Shown here piece after piece: positions 10,606-20,429 of a stretch of 64,000 nucleotides of DNA (positions are counted from its first letter, which is position 1; the number at the start of each line of letters is the position of its first letter). This DNA comes from an uncultured Acidobacteriota bacterium (lineage in GTDB: Bacteria; Acidobacteriota; Polarisedimenticolia; QHYA01; CAVVHA01). The translations under genes were made by a program, and so were the position numbers. Under the pieces are notes generated by a model, which saw nothing but the letters and a program-made list of their open reading frames with translations, did not search any database and was not told where the DNA came from. The stretch covers positions 133,222-197,221 of the forward strand of contig CAVVHA010000012.1 in the NCBI GenBank assembly GCA_963747925.1, in the 5' to 3' direction.

Positions 10606-13600
10606 ATGACTCTGGCGGCCGGCACCTCGCTCGGTCCCTACGAGATCCTCTCCCCCCTGGGGGCCGGAGGAATGGGGGAGGTGTACCGCGCGCGCGACAC
10701 CCGGTTGGGCCGTGACGTCGCCCTCAAGATCATCCCCGCCGACCTCGCGCACGACCCCAGGCTCATCAAGCGATTCGAGCGGGAAGCGCGCGCGGTCGCC
10801 GCGCTGAACCACCCGCACATCCTCACCGTCTTCGACATCGGCTACCACGAGGGGGTGCCCTACGTGGTCACTGAGCTCCTCGAGGGGGAGACCCTTCGCG
10901 AGGTCCTCTTCCGCCGCACGCCGACCCAGCGCCAGGTCCTCACGTTCGCTGTGCAGACGGTCCAGGGTCTCGCCGCCGCGCACGAGAAGGGAATCGTCCA
11001 CCGCGACCTCAAGCCCGAGAACCTGTTCCTCACCAACGACGGGCGGGTGAAGATCCTCGACTTCGGTCTGGCCAAGGTCGCCTCCTCCTCGAGCGTGGAC
11101 CCGTACGCGACGACGGAGAAGGACCTGACCCAGCCCGTGGCGCCGATGGGAACGGTCGCCTACATGTCGCCGGAGCAGGTCAAGGCCTTCCCGGTCGATC
11201 CGCGCAGCGATCTCTTCTCCTTTGGCGTCGTGCTCTACGAGCTCCTTTCGCGAAAGCACCCGTTCCTGCGCGGCACGACGCCCGCGACGCTGACGGCGAT
11301 CCTGCACGAGACGCCACCCGCCCCGTCGTCCCTCGACGCGAAGATCCCCCCGGCACTGGATCGGATCGTGACCCGGTGCCTGGAGAAACGGCCCGAAAAC
11401 CGCTTCGAGAGCGCGCGCGAGCTCGCTCTTGCGCTGGAGGCCGTGCTCGAGGCCCCCCCGGGGACAGCGTGGCTGACGGAGGTGGAGGAGCGCCGCCCGT
11501 ACCCCGGTCTCCAGTCGTTCACCGAGAAGGACGCGGGCATCTTCTTCGGGCGCGAGGCCGAGGTGCGGGCCATGTGGCGGCGGATCGAGAGCCGCGAGCT
11601 CCTCGCGGTGATCGGCCCCTCGGGCGCGGGCAAGTCATCCCTGGTGCGGGCCGGTATCGTCGCGTCGAGACCCGAGGGCTGGGGGGCGATCGTGTGCAGT
11701 CCCGGGGCGGCCCCCCTGCGAAGCCTCGGTCAGTCGCTCGCTCCCGAGCTGGCGAGCGACCCCGAGGCGCTGCGCCAGCTTCTCTCCTTCGAGCAGCCGC
11801 CAATCGCCTTCGAGCTGATGCTGCGATGGCGGCGCGCCAACCGCCAGGCGCTGCTCGTCGTGGACCAGTTCGAGGAGCTGTTCACCCTGAATTCGGAGGA
11901 AACGCAGCAGCGGTTCGCATCGTTCCTCGGCCGGCTCGCGTCCGAGGCCGGCGTGCACGTGCTGCTGTCGCTTCGCGACGACTTTCTCATCCGCTGCTCC
12001 GAGCACGAAGAGCTCGCTCCCGTGTTCGAGTCGCTCACGCCGCTCCCGGCCCTGACGACGGCCGGCCTGAAGAGCGCGCTCGTCGAGCCGGCGAAGACGC
12101 TCGGCTACCTCTTCGAGGACCAGAGCCTCGTCGACGAGATGGTCGCTTCGTTCGAAGGGGTCCGGGGGGCGTTGCCGCTGCTGGCCTTCGCGGTGGCGCA
12201 GCTGTGGGAGCGGCGCGACCGGAAGAAGAAGGTCCTGACGCGCGAGGCCTACGAGGAGATCGGCGGTGTCGCGGGGGCGCTCGCCCAGCACGCCGAGGCC
12301 ACGATGTCCCGCATCGGCCCCGAGCGGCAGGCCATCGTCCGTGAGCTCTTCCGCAACCTGGTGACGGCCCAGGGGACGCGCGCGGTCGTCGACCGCGACG
12401 AGCTGCTGTCGGCCTTCGCGGATCGGGATGCCGCCGGAGGCGCGCTGAGCGAGCTGATCGACGCGCGGCTCGTGACGGGCTACGAGGTGGAGGAGGCGGA
12501 AGGTCGGCCGGGCGGGAGCCGGGTGGAAGTGGCGCACGAGTCGCTGCTGACCGCCTGGCCGAGACTGGTGAAGTGGCGGGCGCAGGACGAGGAGGGGGCG
12601 GTTCTTCGGGACCAGCTCAGGCAGGCGGCGCGGCTGTGGGAGGAGAAGAACCGGACGGCGGACCTGCTGTGGACCGGGACGGCCTACCAGGAGTTCGAGC
12701 TGTGGCGGGAGCGCTACCCGGGCAGGCTCACCGCGCTCGAATCCGACTTCGCGCGCTCGATGGCCGACAAGGCGCAGCGAAGGAAACGCCTGCTGACAGC
12801 GGCGGCGATCTCGGTGATCGTCGCGCTGGCGGGGGTCGCGATCGCGATCGGGATTTCGCGTCACCAGGCCGAGGCGGCGCGGGACAGGGCAGTGGCCGAG
12901 GCCCGGCGCGCCGAGGCGGGCAAGCTCCTCGCCCTCGCCCGGACCGAGCTCGACCGGGATCCCACCGCCGCGCTCGCCTTCGCCCGGAAGAGCCTGGAGC
13001 TCTCCGATACGCCCGAGGCCCGGCGCTTCGCGCTGGAGGTCCTCTGGCGCGGTCCCGTGGCGCGCATCCTCGCTCCGGACAAGCTGGTCGAGGGACTGGA
13101 ACAGGAAGAGCTTCGCCAGTGGGAAAACGTTCCCAGGTTCAGTCCCGACGGAGGCTGGCTCGCGCTCCAGAACATCGTCAGCGGCCGCATTTCCCTCTTT
13201 CGCAGCGACGGGAGCCCGCCGCGCATCCTGCCGCGCCCGCCGGAGGGGAGCGCCCCGGCGCTGGTGTTCGGCCCCGGGAGCGACCTGCTCATCACGGGGG
13301 GGCCGGGGTCGAGCCTCCGCCTGCTGTCCCTGCCCGAGCTCCGCGAGGTGCGAACCGTCGAGCTGGGAGGAGTCGAGTCGTCGGCCTGGGCATCGGACCG
13401 GGAGCTGATCACGATGACGCGCCCTTCGCCGAACGACACGACCCGTCTCATCCGGGCCTGGCCGCTCCCCGAGGGAGAGCCGAGGGTCGTGGCGAGGGTC
13501 CAGGCAGCGGGCCTCGCCGACTGGAAGATCGATCGGGATGCCCGGTGGCTCGCGCACGTGACGGACGGGAAGCTCTACGTCCGCCCGGCCGATGCCGCCA

Positions 13601-15127
13601 GCCGCGTGCCGGAGCGGATCGTGGGACGCCTTCCGGACGCGCTGTGGGGAAAGAGCGAATTCGGGTTCATCGGGCAGGGAGACGGCCTGTACACGGTGGA
13701 GAAATCCGGAGACATCCGCCTCTGGTCGTTGGCCGTGGGCGCGCCGGCGCCCCTGCGGCTGCTGCGCGGAGCGAGTTGGAGCCCGCTGCTTTCCATCGAT
13801 CGCGATGGGTCCCGATTGGTGCGAGCGGACCAGGCCGGGGTCGGGCTGGTGATCGACCTTCGCGATTTTCCTGATGCAGAGCCTCTCGCCCTCAAACAAT
13901 CCGAGTTCATACGGGGATTGGTCGGCACGTTCGACCCGAGCGGCCAGTGGCTCCTCACGAACGACTACGTCAACGTCTCGTTCTGGCCGGTGTCCTCCCC
14001 CAGGAGACGCGTGCTGCCGATCCGCGGCTCGGGAACCTGGGGGCTCGAGTTCACCCCGGAGGGCCGGTGGCTGATCTCGTGCACCTACGAAGAGCCGGTG
14101 CGTCTGTGGCCGCTGAGCCCCCGGTCCGGCGCCGCGCGCGAGTCTGACACCCCTGGCGTCGTGCTGGGGGATCGCGATGGACCCGGCGGGCGCGAACCTC
14201 CTCGTGGGGACCGCCACGGACCGGCAGCGGGGTCGTCGCGACGGCCGCGTCTTCCTCTACCCGATCGAGGGAGGGCCGGTGCGCGAACTCCGGACGGGAT
14301 GGGAAGGTCGGGCGGGCACCTGGGGAGTCGCCTTCTACAAGGAGGGCCGCAGGGCGATCGCCTGTCCCGTGGCCACCGGGTCCGCCCCCCTCAACGACCC
14401 TGATCTGTCCGTTCTGAAAGCCTGGGATCTGCAGTCGGGCGATGAGTGGACGTACTCGCTCGCCCGCGTTACCGACTCCTCCTGGTACGGCTGCGAATCC
14501 CTGGTCTTCGCGCCGGACGGCAGCCTGCTCATCGGGGGAGCCGGGGGCGTTCGTCGTCTCGTTCTTCCCGACTCCCCGGACGGGACCATTTCAGGCGAGA
14601 CGATATTCGCCGCGGACCGGACGCGCGCCGCCCTGAGCCGCGACGGCCGGAAACTGCTCATCATGGCGACCCGCGTTCCGCAGAGCAACAGTTTCGAGGA
14701 ACTCGTTCTCCTGGATCTCGGGACCCGTGCTTTCCGCCGGATCACCACTCACGGTCAACGGCTGTTCTCCGCGGCCTTCGATCCTGCCGGAAAGATCATC
14801 GTGACCAGCGATCACGACGGCGTTGTGCGGGTCGGACCGGTCACGGGCGAGGAACCCCACCTGCTTCTCGGGCACGCGGTGCCGGTGGAGAACGTCGCCG
14901 TCTCTGCGGATGGCCGTTGGATCGCCTCGGCCGGCCTCAGCGAAATCTACCTGTGGCCGATGCCGGATGTGGGGAAGCCGCCGTTTCACACTCTGGCCCA
15001 TGCAGATCTGATGGGAAGGCTCGACGCGCTGACCAACCTCCGCGTCGTCCCCGACCCCTCCGCCTCCACCGGCTGGAAGCTGGATGTGGGTCCTTTCCAA
15101 GGGTGGAACGATGTACCGACATGGTGA
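10606..15127 (+). CDS. Ser/Thr protein kinase - STAND-type P-loop NTPase - TM helix - WD40/beta-propeller protein (about 1500 aa, one frame switch)
   Basis: ORF 10606..14403 continues in ORF 14177..15127 after a switch near 14140. Hanks kinase motifs are present (GAGGMGEVYRA, VALK, HRDLKPEN, DFGLAK, SPEQ). The P-loop NTPase follows (YPGLQSFTEKDAGIFFGRE, VIGPSGAGKSSLVRAG, LLVVDQFEELFT). One TM helix lies at ~12790-12855 (LLTAAAISVIVALAGVAIAIGI). About 650 aa of propeller-like repeats end in LWPMPDVGKPPFHTL...GWNDVPTW. Confidence 0.85.
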
Positions 15128-17810
15128 TCACGCGGCTCTGGTCGCGGTTGTCATCCTGTCGCTCGGGCTGGCTTCCCGGGCGCCCTGTCGCGCGCAGGAG
15201 ACCACCGGGGCGGTCGAGGGCACCGTGACCGGGCCGGACGGCAGGCCCCTCGCCGGCGTCGAAGTTCTCGCGACGAAACCCGCGCAGGAGGTCGCTCGAC
15301 GGGCGGTCACGAACCGTGATGGCGCCTACAGGATCGCGGTGCTTCCGCTCGGGGAGTACGAGATCACGATCCGGGATCCGGCGTTCCAGCCGGTGACGGT
15401 CCGGCAGGTGGTCGTGCGACTGGGGAGGACGACCGCCGTTCCCGCCGTGCAACTCGCGGCGCCCGGCAGCCTCGTCGAGCACGTCAGGGTCGTCGGCCGG
15501 GCGCCGCCGATCGACCCGACATCGACGACCACGGGCGGAAACGTCGCGGCGGCGCTTTTCAGCAACCTCCCGGTCCAGCGCGACTACCAGAGCATCGCGA
15601 CGCTCCTGCCGAACGTGAGCGCGAGCTACCTCGGCGATCCGGTGAACTTCGGGGGGGCCACGGGGTTCGAGAACCGGTACTTCGTGGACGGGATCGAAAT
15701 GACCGACCCGAGCCGCGGGAGGGGCGGCACGGTGCTGCCGCCGGATTTCATCCAGGAGGTCGAGGTCAAGACCGGAGGATACGAGGCCGAGTATCGCAGC
15801 GCTCTCGGCGGCATCGTGAACGTGGTGACGCCCACCGGGACGGATCGCCTGTCGGGCTCGTTCATCGGGTACTGGACGAGCCACCTCGTGACCGCCGACC
15901 CCAAGCAGAGCCCGATCGAGCCGCAGCAGCGCAATTTCGTGCAGTATGACGCCGGGTTCAGCCTGTCGGGTCCGCTGGTGCGGGAGCGGGCCTGGTTCTT
16001 CCTGGCCTACGATCCCCAGTACCAGAGTGTCGAGACCGAGCTCCCCGGGCTCGGCTACTACCAGGACTCGACGACGGCTCACCGTTTCGCGGCAAAGGTC
16101 GACTGGCGCGTCAACGGAGCCAACACTCTGGCGCTGACCGTGGTGGGCGACCCCACCAGGCGGGACGGCGTTGGCGATCTCGTTTACGCCTTCGGCACCC
16201 CGGTGGCCCTGCTCAACCCGGATCCCTGGCTCAGGCGCATCGAGACCGGCGGCGTCGGGATCTCGGTGCGCGGGACCCACGTCCTGAGCCCGGCCGTCCT
16301 ACTCGAAACGTCGCTCTCGCTCCTGCGGAGGGACTACAGCAACCTTCCCGGGACGCAGCGCGGGAGCGAGGAAGTGATGTTCTCGGATTTCTCCACCGGT
16401 GTGTTATCGGGCGGCTCCACGGTCTGGGTCGACTGGCGGAACACCCAGTGGACCGCCGGGGTGAAGGCGACCTTCGGACTCGGCCGGCACGAGGTCAAAG
16501 CCGGCCTGGAGTACCGCGACAACGGGCAGACGACCGACACGCCGGGGCCCATCTGGGTCGATTGGCTCATTCGCTACAGCGATACCTCCTGGCAATCCAC
16601 GACGCAAGGGGCCGAAGGCACCGTGCACAACAGGATCCCTTCGCTCTTCGTGCAGGATTCCTGGCGGATCGGTTCGCGGTGGGTCCTCAACGCGGGCCTG
16701 CGCTGGGCGAGCGAGCGGCTCGTGAGCGACTCGGGAGCGACCGTCCAGACGATCGACGGCGAATGGCAGCCCCGCATCGGCTTCGTCTACCAGCCGGGCC
16801 GGATCGGGACGCAGCGCATCTACGGCTCGGCGGCGCGCTACTACCAGGAACTGGCGACCTTTCCGATCGCGGCCGTCCTGATGGGCACCGGCTGGAGCAG
16901 GTGGTGCACCTACGATCACGACCCCCGGCTCGATCCCGGGGGAGGCGACTGCGCCACCTACCCCGCCGTCATCCAGGACGAGGTGCCCGGCCTTCACGGA
17001 AACCGGTACGACGAATACTCGCTGGGGTACCAGCGGCAGCTCGGGGAGCGGCACAGGGCCGGCGTGCGCGCGATCTACCGGTCGCTCGGCGATGCGATCG
17101 AGGACAGCTGGGTCGCTGCGAAGGGCGGGTTCGTCTGGGGCAACCCCGGCCGGGGACTGCTGGCGGACGAGTACCCGCGGGCGAGCCGCGTGTACAGGGC
17201 CCTCGAGCTCACCGTGGAAGGCCAGCCGTCGCCCCGCTCAGGCTACCTCGCCTCGTACGTCCTGTCGGAGAACCGGGGGAACTGGACGGGCATGTTCTAC
17301 TCGGACTGGGAGACCCCGATGCCCAACTTCTCGGGCATGTTCGATTTCCCCGACCTGCTGACCAACGGGGACGGACTGCTCCCGAACGACCGGACGCACG
17401 TGCTCAAGGGGTCCGGTTTCTACCGCTTCGACTCCGGGCTCAACGTCGGAGCGTCGGCCCTCTGGCAGAGCGGGACGCCGCTCAACGAGTTCGGGGGCAG
17501 CGCGGAGGGGTACCCGAACATGGCGTTCCTGCGGCAGCGGGGCACGGCCGGGCGGACCCCCTCGATCTTCGACCTGAGCCTGCGGATCGACTACACGTTC
17601 CTGCGGCACTCGCCCGGGCGCTGGAAGCCGAGGTTGATCCTGGACGTCTACCACCTCTTCAGCGGCCGCGAGCCGGTGGACTACGACCAGTTCCACTACT
17701 ACAACCGGGACGCCGAGGGAAACCAGATCGATCCGAATCCGACGTACGGGATGGTGAAGCGGTACTACCCGCCCGCGACAGCGCGCCTCGGGCTCGAGGT
17801 GACGTTCTGA
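15111..17810 (+). CDS. TonB-dependent receptor-like outer membrane protein with CarboxypepD_reg-like N-domain, copy 2 (intact)
   Basis: ORF 15084..17810. Met 15111 gives the signal peptide MYRHGDHAALVAVVILSLGLASRAPCRAQE. N-domain GTVTGPDGRPLAGVEVLA...DGAYRIAVLPLGEYEITI. Plug-like NRYFVDGIEMTDP. C-terminal ...ARLGLEVTF. It overlaps the kinase stop by 17 nt. Confidence 0.85.
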   Translation: MYRHGDHAALVAVVILSLGLASRAPCRAQETTGAVEGTVTGPDGRPLAGVEVLATKPAQEVARRAVTNRDGAYRIAVLPLGEYEITIRDPAFQPVTVRQVVVRLGRTTAVPAVQLAAPGSLVEHVRVVGRAPPIDPTSTTTGGNVAAALFSNLPVQRDYQSIATLLPNVSASYLGDPVNFGGATGFENRYFVDGIEMTDPSRGRGGTVLPPDFIQEVEVKTGGYEAEYRSALGGIVNVVTPTGTDRLSGSFIGYWTSHLVTADPKQSPIEPQQRNFVQYDAGFSLSGPLVRERAWFFLAYDPQYQSVETELPGLGYYQDSTTAHRFAAKVDWRVNGANTLALTVVGDPTRRDGVGDLVYAFGTPVALLNPDPWLRRIETGGVGISVRGTHVLSPAVLLETSLSLLRRDYSNLPGTQRGSEEVMFSDFSTGVLSGGSTVWVDWRNTQWTAGVKATFGLGRHEVKAGLEYRDNGQTTDTPGPIWVDWLIRYSDTSWQSTTQGAEGTVHNRIPSLFVQDSWRIGSRWVLNAGLRWASERLVSDSGATVQTIDGEWQPRIGFVYQPGRIGTQRIYGSAARYYQELATFPIAAVLMGTGWSRWCTYDHDPRLDPGGGDCATYPAVIQDEVPGLHGNRYDEYSLGYQRQLGERHRAGVRAIYRSLGDAIEDSWVAAKGGFVWGNPGRGLLADEYPRASRVYRALELTVEGQPSPRSGYLASYVLSENRGNWTGMFYSDWETPMPNFSGMFDFPDLLTNGDGLLPNDRTHVLKGSGFYRFDSGLNVGASALWQSGTPLNEFGGSAEGYPNMAFLRQRGTAGRTPSIFDLSLRIDYTFLRHSPGRWKPRLILDVYHLFSGREPVDYDQFHYYNRDAEGNQIDPNPTYGMVKRYYPPATARLGLEVTF

Positions 17811-17980
17811 GTCCGGGGAGGGAGCGGGCCCGCAGGAGCACCGAAACCGGGCTCCCGATCGGATGACGTCTCCCGGGACGGGGGCGGGGCGACTGGTCCC
17901 AGAGCACTCCGGCGGCCGCCAGAACGCCTTGGTGGGTGTCGCTCCGGCGTGGTCGGACCGGGTGAGCCGTGGCGTTCGGC

Positions 17981-19228
17981 TCAGCCCGGCTGCGGGACCC
18001 CCTTCACGCAGCGGACCGTGTCGCGGGCGATCAGGAGCTCTTCGTCCGTCGGGATGACCCAGGCGGCGAGGCGCGACTCCGGGGTGGAGATCAGCCCGTC
18101 GCTGCCGGCCCCGCGGCGGGCGTTGCGGACCGCGTCCAGGTACAGGCCCATCCACTGCAGGCCGCTGCAGATCCGGGAGCGGACCTCGGAGGAGTTCTCG
18201 CCGATCCCGCCCGTGAACACGAGCGCGTCCGCCCCGCCGAGCGCGGCGAGGTAGGCCCCGATGTACTTGCGGACCCGGTAGCAGAAGATCTCGATCGCCA
18301 GCTTCGCCCGCCGGTCGTTGTGCTCGCGCGCCTCCTCGAGCAGCTCGCGCATGTCGTTGGTGAGCCCGGAAAGCCCCATGAGCCCCGACTGCTTGTTCAG
18401 CAGCAGCTCGACCTCGTGCGAGGAGAGCCCCTCCTTGTGGGCGATGAAGTCCACGATCGCGGGGTCGAGGTCGCCCGAGCGGGTCCCCATGACCAGCCCT
18501 TCGAGCGGGGTCAGCCCCATCGAGGTGTCGACCGACCGTCCGGCGCGGATCGCGGCCATCGAGCAGCCGTTGCCCAGGTGGATCGTGATGATGTTCACCT
18601 GCTCGCGCGGGATGCGGCGGATCTGCCGGTACCGGTAGGCCACGTAGCGGTGCGAGGTTCCGTGGAACCCGTAGCGGCGGATCTTGTGGCGCCGGTAGAG
18701 CTGGTAGGGGAGCGCGTACAGGTAGGCGTGGTCGGGCAGCGTCTGGTGGAAGGCGGTGTCGAAGACCGCGACCTGGGGGAGGGCGGGGCCGAAGATCCCC
18801 CGCGCCGCCACGATCCCCTTGATGTTGGCCGGGTTGTGCAGCGGGGCGAGCTCGATGCAGTCCTCGATCCCGCGCAGCACCTCTTCGTCGATCAGCGCCG
18901 AGCGGGTGAACCGCTCGCCGCCGTGGACCACGCGGTGCCCGACGGCGTGGATCTCCCCGATGCTGCCGATGCCGGTGACGCCCGACTTCTCCGAGCAGAT
19001 CCAGCGCACGACGAAGTCCACGGCCGCCGTCAGGTCCCGCAGCGGCGCCGTCGAGCGCCGCCGCACGCCGTCCGCGCCGGTCAGGTTGAGGATCGTCTCG
19101 CCGCCGATCCGCTCGAGCGTTCCGCTGGCGAGGCGGCGGTCTTCGTTGCGCTCGATCAGGTCGAGGTCGGTGTCGATGAGGTGGAACTTGAGCGTCGAGC
19201 TGCCCGAGTTGAGGACGAGGATGTTCAT
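17981..19228 (-). CDS. ackA: acetate kinase
   Basis: Intact 415-aa ORF. It begins [19 protein letters not shown] and contains [10 protein letters not shown] and FTGGIGENS, typical acetate/propionate kinase motifs. Confidence 0.95.
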   Translation of the reverse strand: MNILVLNSGSSTLKFHLIDTDLDLIERNEDRRLASGTLERIGGETILNLTGADGVRRRSTAPLRDLTAAVDFVVRWICSEKSGVTGIGSIGEIHAVGHRVVHGGERFTRSALIDEEVLRGIEDCIELAPLHNPANIKGIVAARGIFGPALPQVAVFDTAFHQTLPDHAYLYALPYQLYRRHKIRRYGFHGTSHRYVAYRYRQIRRIPREQVNIITIHLGNGCSMAAIRAGRSVDTSMGLTPLEGLVMGTRSGDLDPAIVDFIAHKEGLSSHEVELLLNKQSGLMGLSGLTNDMRELLEEAREHNDRRAKLAIEIFCYRVRKYIGAYLAALGGADALVFTGGIGENSSEVRSRICSGLQWMGLYLDAVRNARRGAGSDGLISTPESRLAAWVIPTDEELLIARDTVRCVKGVPQPG

Positions 19229-19343
19229 GATGCGTCCATTTTACCCGTCTGCTGCTGCCAGGCCCACGCCGCCCGGGTGGCCCACGCTGCGCGGATGCCC
19301 CACCCCGTGTTCCGCTCCGGGTGCGGTCCGGACCGATGAGGGT

Positions 19344-20429
19344 CTACTGCGGCGGTCGCGACGCGAGCGCCTCCTCGAGCTTTCCCCGGACGAACGGGTC
19401 GGTTTCGGCCGGGAGGCGCCGGCGGAACTCGGCGCGAGTCGGACCCCTCCGCCATGGCGCCCAGGGCCTCGACGCGAAGCCGCGCACGACGGGGGAGGGG
19501 TCGTCCAGGAGGGGCCCGCAGGTCGCCGCGCGAGCGCCGGGTCGGCGATGTGCCCGAGGGCGGCGATCGCGTGGAGCCGCGCGCGCGGGTCCGCGCCCGG
19601 CTCCGCGAGCTTCGCCCTCAGCGCGTCCACCGCCTTGAGCTGCTCGAGGGCGTACTGCGCGGCGAAGCGGACGGGGGCCGCGGGCGCGCCGAGCTGCTCC
19701 GGCGAGGGCGGCGATCGCCGCGCCGCCGCCGATCGCCCCGAGCGTGGCCGCTGCCTGGACGCGGACCCGCTCCGGCGCGCCGGAGGTCAGGAGGGCCGCG
19801 ACCTCGGGCACGGCCGCCGGGGATTTCAGGGCGGCGAGGGCGGCCAGGGCGCCGAGCCGGGCGTCCGGATCGGACAGGAGCCGGGCGATCGCGGGCGCGC
19901 TCTCCACGGCCCCGAGGGCGCCGAGCAGGTCGGCGGCGTTGCGCCGCACGCTGGCGGAGGGCGAGTCGAGGCAGGGGAGGAGGCGCGGGACGGCGCTCTT
20001 CCCGATCCCGGTCAGGACCACCTGGAGGGCGCGCGTGATCAGCGTGTCCTTCGTGTCGAGCTTCGCGGGGATCAGGTAATCGAGCGTCCGCTCCCCCTCG
20101 GCGATCAGGGCCCTGCGGGCCTCGGGGACCTTCTCCTTGTTCGAGCCGACCTCCCACAGGCACGCGTCGCGCCAGAGAGATGCGAGGTCGGCAGCGGCCG
20201 CGGTGCCGGCCTGGTCGGGCTCCCCGGATCCCTCGGTGGCAGGCGGGGGAACTGTCGGCGCTGCGGCGGCGAGCGCGGCAGGGGTGGGAACTGCGGGGGG
20301 GGGTGCGCCTGCGGCAGAAGCAGCGACAGGAGCCTGGGTTGCAGCCGAAAGCGCAACGGCCGGTCCGGAGGGAAGCGCGGCGGCCACGAGGGCCGCGACG
20401 ACCACGAGGCCGGGGACGAGGCGTTTCAT
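19344..20429 (-). CDS. secreted HEAT/PBS-lyase-repeat protein (about four frame switches in the C-terminal third)
   Basis: Met at 20429 overlaps the stop of the upstream gene (ATGA). Signal-like MKRLVPGLVVVAALVAAAL is followed by an Ala/Pro linker. HEAT-like units follow (SASVRRNAADLLGALG, DPDARLGALAALAAL, RVRVQAAATLGAIG, DPRARLHAIAALGHIADP, DPSPVVRGFAVEALG). Pieces lie in ORFs 19344..21329, 19241..19630 and 19225..19455. Confidence 0.65.
   Translation of the reverse strand: MKRLVPGLVVVAALVAAALPSGPAVALSAATQAPVAASAAGAPPPAVPTPAALAAAAPTVPPPATEGSGEPDQAGTAAAADLASLWRDACLWEVGSNKEKVPEARRALIAEGERTLDYLIPAKLDTKDTLITRALQVVLTGIGKSAVPRLLPCLDSPSASVRRNAADLLGALGAVESAPAIARLLSDPDARLGALAALAALKSPAAVPEVAALLTSGAPERVRVQAAATLGAIGGGAAIAALAGAARRARGPRPLRRAVRPRAAQGGGRAEGEARGAGRGPARAAPRDRRPRAHRRPGARAATCGPLLDDPSPVVRGFASRPWAPWRRGPTRAEFRRRLPAETDPFVRGKLEEALASRPPQ

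Noticed and set aside
11635-14217. 860-aa ORF antisense to the kinase gene.
   Set aside because: It is a shadow ORF with an Arg/Pro-rich translation. The sense strand carries unmistakable kinase, P-loop and WD40 motifs.
17965-17983. Hairpin gagccg-tggcgtt-cggctc overlapping the ackA stop, considered as a convergent terminator.
   Set aside because: It has only a 6-bp stem, no U-tract on either strand, and it overlaps the stop codon.
19229-19243. TAAAAT hexamer 9 nt upstream of the ackA ATG, which would suggest a leaderless transcript.
   Set aside because: It is a single hexamer without a -35 or any other support, which is too speculative.
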